DNA of 58,799 nt from Bigelowiella natans CCMP2755 (Eukaryota; Protista; Cercozoa): assembly GCA_000320545.1 (NCBI GenBank), contig ADNK01003420.1:1-58799 (forward strand), read 5' to 3'. Shown piece after piece: positions 52,412 through 58,799 of this stretch. The notes under the pieces were generated by a model. The model ran no database searches and was not told the DNA's origin. It saw nothing but the letters and a program-made list of their open reading frames with translations. A program made the position numbers and the translations under genes. Each line of letters starts with the position of its first letter. The stretch's first letter is position 1.

Positions 52412-53108
52412 TGATGATGCCCTGGTAGGAGGAGGCAACAACATTGTGGTGATGGAAGCTGCAGCACTTCTCTTTTCACTAGAAATGCTGCAATTGAAAT
52501 CAGCTGAGCTTATAGAAGAGCTCCGACACCATAGTAGTAGGAGTAGTAGCAATAGTAGTAGTAGTAGTGGTAGTAGTAGTAGTAGTAGTCAAAATGATGG
52601 TGATAATGATAGTAGCAATACCGCTAGTATTACAAAAAGGGGAGATGGTTTGCAAGACGATGGTAGGAACGATGATATATCATCATCAGCAGCATTACTC
52701 CGAGTAGAAGCTATTGGTGATTGTTTACCCCTTATAAATGAAATAAACACACAAACAAGAAATTCTGCAGCTGCAGAAGAGGGGTGGGGAACACAAAAAA
52801 TACTTACGGAAAATATTGCTGAAAAAGGAAGAGGAAGTGGGGAAGTAGTAGGAGGAGGAGGAGTTAGTTGTTACAGTGGAACTAGTAGTGTTAATAGTAG
52901 AGTTATACCATCTGCCCTTGCATGGAAAATAGCTAATATGACCAAAGAACTACGACGATCTGCAGGAATTGAAACTTCAATCCACTGGCAGCCTCGATCA
53001 AGTCCAGGTCGTAGTAGTGTAGTAGTAGTAGTAGTAGTAGTAGTAGTATAGAGAGAGAAATAGAGTGAGAGAGAGATTACGTTATTATTGCATAGCAGTA
53101 GTAGTAGC

Positions 53109-53149
<41 letters not shown>

Positions 53150-53195
53150 GAGTGAGAGAGAGATTACGTTATTATTGCGTAGCAGTAGTAGTAGC

Positions 53196-53242
<47 letters not shown>

Positions 53243-53614
53243 GAGTGAGAGAGAGATTACGTTATTATTGCGTAGCAGTGTGCCCTCTGTGGACTACAGC
53301 AGTGGCAGTTTTATGGACATGCTCCTCCTCTTTCTCCTCCGGTTGGTTGTTATTAAGCTCCCAATTCCCGTTCCCCCGTTTTTACTACTACTACTACTAC
53401 TACTGGCACTACTACGGTGGTTTATACTATAGGAATGATGCGAGTTGACGCACTTGTTCATGGAAATTGGGCTCACAAAAGAACTGCTTCTTGGAAGGGT
53501 GGTACTGTTGTAGAGGTAAATGCAACTTGCATTGGTTCGATGCTCTCATCACGGAGAAAAGATAGTAGTAGTAGTGTCAGTAACCCAAAATCGACCAACC
53601 TTGGAGAGAAGTAA
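50658..53614 (+). CDS. RNase H type-1-like protein interrupted by low-complexity insertions; possible signal/transit leader (5' part tentative)
   Basis: YRLHFDAG...GQVGCVL...NNIVVMEAAALLFSLEML...VEAIGDCLPLINEI...IHWQPRSSP|GMMRVDALV follows the RNase HI pattern FDG / NN.AE..AL / GDS.LVI / .PR..N..AD.L with D-E-D-D retained. Intron at about 53008-53432. Confidence 0.75.
51607..51715 (+). repeat. Intronic tandem duplication of about 45 bp
   Basis: gctgctgctgagtattattat(t/a)accccagcagc...cacatttcaag occurs twice. Confidence 0.8.
53050..53279 (+). repeat. Three tandem units with variable (GA)n spacers in an intron
   Basis: gagaaatagagtgagagagattacgttattattgc(a/g)tagcagt occurs three times. Confidence 0.9.
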
Positions 53615-54664
53615 AAGTGCGAAAGCTAAGAAGGGAAATAGCTAAACAATACACAGTCTTCTGTGTAACTAGTATAACTAATCATGGGTGCCAGTCTTAA
53701 AGCCTTTGATGACGGCGATTGCGCCAACAGCAATCGGACGCAAGAAATCACAATGACAACACACTAAAACTATGCACTGAACTACCTGCATGAGTATGGA
53801 ATTTATAATAATGACTAAAATAAGAAAGAATGAACTGAGTGCGTTGCATTGGAAGCATTTTATTTGCAATCCAAGTCGTTAACATCAACGCGCCAGCATT
53901 GCAGAGTACTACGCTATTTTCTCATTGTGCGGCTAAAGGTACATTCGCTACAATCGAGAATTCATGCAGATACGGTGGGCAACTCTTGCCAAGATTATCG
54001 GGGCGTGGTACGTAGCGGTGTATGCATGTGCTTGCCATGGCTGTAAGTGATATCTGCTATATTATTGTGAGACGGATGTAATGAAATGCTATATTATTGT
54101 GCATGCCCCATACACCATCTAGACAATGGTGTACTGTGTCCGGCCACATCTAGACATGCTGCACATCGCACATCAACGTAACTTTACATGTAGTACATGC
54201 ATGTGATGCAACGCGCATGCTAGCATGGTTTCATGGTTATATACGGTCCATTATAGCTAGTAGCTGTAACAGACTAGCTAGTATCTCTGTAGACATAGCG
54301 TGTCTCAGCAATGCTAGATGATGTGCATCTATATAATACATGATGAGCGCGGATGCCCGCTCTATCTATAGCGCTGTCAGCAACGACCGGCACTATGCGA
54401 TGCAAACCAGCGCGCTCTTCCTATGTAGCTAGATAGGTGCATGTATGCCGCTCCAGCACTCCTTATAGACATAGGGCTCCGGGAAGACGCAGCGTAGCGT
54501 AATGATCGACTAGATGATGCTGTGCGAGTGCTATGGCCACATATATCTGATACAATGTAGTCTAATAACCCAAGCCAGGCCAGCACATGCACGATCATCA
54601 TATGAATATAGGCCATATACCCTCCCCATCCCCCTCCCCCCCCAAATTCTCTATATTCTTTCTC

Positions 54665-54714
<50 letters not shown>

Positions 54715-54986
54715 GACATATATGCACAACGTGCTACAACGATATGATAATAGACACAATACTTTGCGTAGCGCACTCTAATCTAAACAATTTGCATTAA
54801 TACAATATGGCTTTTTACGATGTACCGCTCATAAACACCAACTTGGGATTCTCACATTCTATCATAAGGCTTAAAGCAGGTGGCAGCGATGCATGGACCG
54901 CCAATGACTGACTCCGAGCTCTCGGTACCTATTACATGTAGCTGTCTAGACAATGGCGGATGAAGAGCTGTAGCGTCCCTGCCCCT

Positions 54987-55534
54987 TTAACGTGCACGCA
55001 TCCATAGAGGAACTTCAAGCATATTTGTCGCATTCTCTGGCAACACGATGCTGGCTCCGTCCATTTCAGGAGATATTTCAATTTGGCAAGCCAATCTCGC
55101 ATTACGAAGAAATTCGTTTTTAGCATCTTCAGTCTCCTCCTAGAATCGACGTGGTATAACAACACCATTTTCATGCGAGAATGTGCTGAATGAAATCTAC
55201 ATTGCTTGACATGTTATTGCGATAAAAGTTATCATGTGGCATAATCAGCCTTACAAGAATCTAAAGCCTTTATGTGCATTCCGAGTGCTTAAAGCAACAA
55301 CATTACGATTAGGGAGACTACTAACCTGGTCCGCCGCTGATTCCAACATATCTAATTCATTCTCTTCCTAGTCATTAGTACGCAATCCAACAACTAATTA
55401 CATTACATCCTAAGATATTGCTAACTTTCGTGTCCATGACTCTTTTGTTGAATCAGATCATACTTTATTCTAGTTTATGGATCATACTGTCACCCCCCAC
55501 CCCCCCCTCTCTCTATCTCCGAGAAGTGAGTCCA

Positions 55535-55565
<31 letters not shown>

Positions 55566-56382
55566 AACAACAACTAGTACCAGTTCTCCTGCAGCATTTA
55601 TATACTCATCTGATAGAGTCACTCTACAGGTCGAACAGCTGCAGCTGCCCCCACAGGCACCTACCATAAAAACATTCCTATCTTTACGGGTAAGATATAC
55701 AGAAACAATGCTTCTATTTTTTTCTTGTTTGAATGCCTTGCACGTCTTGCATGTGTGTGTGTGTGTGTGTGTGTTGTTGTTGTTTGCATGTGTGTGTGTG
55801 TGTGTGTTGTTGTTGTTGTTGTTTTTTATGCGCATGATATCTTATTGGAGAGCACCTCCCCCCCAAACATCAGTAAGATCAGAGCGTTCAAGTGCCTATT
55901 ATAAATATATACTTTATTATTGATGATTGCATGCCCCCCCCCAAATGTTTGTGGTCAGTAATCACAGATCGGATTGAGTCGAAGGAGGCAACAAATACGA
56001 TAAAATCAACTATAGCTACTGGTACTATTACTACTAATATTACTGCTGCTATTTCTACCACTGCTACTATACTACTACACACAGCACAATCCTACTCCTT
56101 ACTAACTTGTAGTAGAAACTCTCCAGGAATTGCAGAAATTGATATCAGAGTGTCCTCAGGCGTAGTAACATGCAGAGTAATGCTCTCAGGCATTGTTGAC
56201 CCAAATTTGCGACACTGCAGCAACGAGGGACAAGAGGGGGGGTAGTAGGAGGACGAAGACGATGAGGAGGGCGCCGAGAATAATCTTGTAGCAGCAATGT
56301 AGAACATTCTACGATGGGATGTTCCTGACGACAGCAACAACCTCAAGAGTCTGTGCCATGTCGAAGGCTGGTGCGCTGCCAT
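54987..56382 (-). CDS. Adrenodoxin-type [2Fe-2S] ferredoxin with mitochondrial-type presequence
   Basis: Presequence MAAHQPSTWHRLLRLLLSSGTSHRRMF..., then ITLHVTTPED, GACGGSCSCSTCRV (CX5CX2C), ELDMLE, RLACQIEISPEMDGASIVLP. Stop at 54987-54989. Confidence 0.92.
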
Positions 56383-56414
56383 GGCCCTCTTCTCTTCCAC
56401 CACGTTTAAGCTAC

Positions 56415-57990
56415 TTCGGAAGCTGGGGAGGAGGATTTGGGTGGCTCAATTTGTCATCACGGAGCTAGCACCTCGGCTGTTGTCTGTCGCACCGTTCAAT
56501 TTCGGTGTTTTCATGCATTTCGGCAACCGTTTCATTGAGAAAGAAAGAAAGAAAATGGAAGAAATTTAGCCATCGGTCAAGCGTGTTCTTCACCGGAGAC
56601 TCTCCCTGCGCAGTGGAGAAATTTTTCATGTCAAGTGTGGCATGCCCCTGACTGGAAGACACAGCACGTTGCGGTGATTTCTGCTGCCAATTTGCGCTGT
56701 TGACATGGCTAGATGGGCGTGCGCACGTGCATGCCCCCAGGCAGGCTAGCAGGGTCCATGCCATGCTCGATGGTGACCCAAGTTTCACTTCCCCACTCCA
56801 GCTAGCCAGCATTGTCCGCGGTCGCAAAAATTGTTGCGAAAATGCGCAACGTGAAAACTTGCCCACTGACGCGCGCACGGTTTGTGATTTGTGATCGATG
56901 TGAACCGTGAACAAGAAACAAGAACAAGAAAATGATGGAAAACCACGTTCGTGTGTGCGCAAAAGATTTGCAGAGATTTTTCAATGTGCACGTTGTTGCA
57001 GCGATCATGCGATGCTGCACGTGGCATGCATGCTGATCGACCACTTGCCAAGATCAGCATGTGGTTGGGCTGGAAAAAATGAAAGTGGAGACAGACAACG
57101 CGATGAAGAATTGATGAATTCCACACGCGTCTAGGCGTGCGCTTGCTGGCTGCAAAAGCACGCTAGCACGCTAGCACGCGTCCAAGTCTGCATCGCTGGA
57201 TCTCACAGGGAGCCCTGTCAGCTGTGGCACTCTGACGTCATGAGTTCGAATGACGAGCTTGATGTGCAGAAAGTTGAGATGGGGGGCTAGCTAGCTAGCC
57301 CTGGAGCCCGCAGCATGCTAGCATGGCTAGATGGCTAGATGGCTTCTTCTGGAACAATTCTAGAATTCCTGACTTTTTTTGCTTTTTCCCCCAAAAATCG
57401 TCATCAATGAACAATGATGATGGACTACATTTCCAAAATGTTGCAAGACATCATTGTCTACATCTAGACACGTTGATCTTGGCAACTGTAGCCGATCGAA
57501 TTAGACCTGGCTAGCTGGCGGAGATGGACAAGCACATTTTGTGCCTTCTGCGTGTGATGTGCACAATGTGCACAGAGCGTGCACTAGCTAGCTATGCTAG
57601 TGCACTCAAAGCACACTTTGTTCGAACCTCTTGCACGAGATCTCTAGATTAGCCAGCAATTCTAGGGTTGAACGTGGCAACACACATCAAGCATTTTTGC
57701 ACCTTCTAGCTACTAGCCTTCTTGTTGCTCATTGGTAGATTGCAACAGCAGAGTCGACTCGCGACTTGCATCCTAACTTCGACCTCATCTAGTCATTTGT
57801 CATGTTGACAAACAATTGCACGTACGTGATGCGCACACAATTTGATGTTTCATGTGGCTGGTCACCGGTGCACGCATCTGCGACATCCGTGCATCATAGA
57901 TTCACAGCCCGAAGCAGCAGCACAAATGGTGCCTTTAATTCGCATTCACGCTACGATTGCTAGGACAATTCAAGTCGGTCTAGCGGTCAC
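56415..57990. other. Strong TpA-depleted island
   Basis: In 56415-57424, by eye about 14 TA sites are in CTAG, one is in TTAG, and none is in any other context. Confidence 0.92.
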
Positions 57991-58726
57991 AGACATAACA
58001 TGCACATTTTCTTCTATTACTTTTCTATGACTCTAAAAATTCTAGTATAATATCGCTCCCGAAAGCAACTCTCCTTCGACTACGTGGTCTTTGCTTCCTT
58101 TGCCTGCTCCAACATCATTTTCCCAATTTAAATAGTACAAAGACAAAAAAAAAGAGAAAGATTGGGGATGAGGATGAGAGCAAAAATAAGACAAGATATT
58201 CGAATGCCAGTGCAATGGAATACATCGGCATCACTCAGAGGACTTAAAAGCCTACTACGAAATTATCAGCGCACCTCTTGGTCGCCCTTAAATTTCCAAG
58301 GCTAAAAAAAATAGGAGAGAGGGAGCAATGAGATAGAAGGAAGATATCCATACTATTTCAGGTGTGAAGAGCATGCAAAGAACCCGCTAAAATTTCATGT
58401 CTTAAGAGAAAGCATAACCCAATATTGACACAACGATTAGTCTTCCAGTTCAAGTTTTAACGCCCCAGAAAATATCAATCCTCAAACTCGGAGGAGGCAC
58501 TATGATCAAGATGTTAATTCTGATCCAACTACAAGTCAAGCCTTTTTCCGACCGTCGAATATGATATATTGTATGTGTTTTGAATTATCCCCATACCTGC
58601 CGACAAAGTGGGCATTGATGCTTGCTATTAGCCATATTAAGCCACTGAGAAACAATAATTATTGCTATTAGACATCAGAAGTAACAAGTAAATTTATAAA
58701 GGTTAATGTAGAGAACAGACAGCACG

Positions 58727-58732
<6 letters not shown>

Positions 58733-58799
<67 letters not shown>
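58733..58799. repeat. (CA)n(GA)n compound microsatellite, representative of dozens of intronic SSRs
   Basis: Directly visible. Similar (CA)n, (TA)n, (GA)n, (TAG)n, (CAG)n and (GAT)n tracts occur throughout the introns. Confidence 0.95.

Noticed and set aside
53050-53279. Repeat-spacer-like pattern resembling a CRISPR array
   Set aside because: The spacers are (GA)n microsatellite, the context is a eukaryotic intron, and there are no cas genes.
58168-58620. Possible first exons of a further gene (MRMRAKIRQDIRMPVQW...)
   Set aside because: No recognisable motif, no confident splice chain, and truncated by the window end.
1-58799. Alternative genetic code, tRNA or rRNA genes
   Set aside because: Conserved genes translate cleanly with the standard code once introns are removed. 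No structured RNA gene was recognised by eye; tRNAscan-SE or Infernal would be needed to exclude them.

Overview
This is the left end of a eukaryotic chromosome, starting with (TAACCC)n (TTAGGG telomere). It is gene-dense and intron-rich, with microsatellite-packed introns. Several proteins carry signal-plus-transit-type leaders, which suggests an alga with a complex plastid, possibly a chlorarachniophyte (inference). Twelve spliced genes were reconstructed by eye: DUF1295 protein, His-tRNA synthetase, 6-phosphogluconate dehydrogenase, bHLH-PAS factor, Clu-domain+LRR protein, NHL-repeat protein, MGC-acylated protein, SUI1/YciH-like factor, MOB1-family protein, a hypothetical protein, an RNase H-like protein and an adrenodoxin-type ferredoxin. 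The most striking signal lies between the genes: 0.5-1.7 kb islands in which TpA is almost absent except inside CTAG, while TG/CA (and CG) are abundant. Three internal controls indicate that TA was converted by A-to-G transition on either strand. A Copia RT relic has conserved Tyr codons changed to Cys/His, telomere units read TGACCC, and two copies of a dispersed repeat differ mainly at ancestral TA sites. This looks like a RIP-like hypermutation system running in the opposite direction to fungal RIP (TpA to TpG/CpA) and sparing CTAG. Exon boundaries and counts are manual and approximate.
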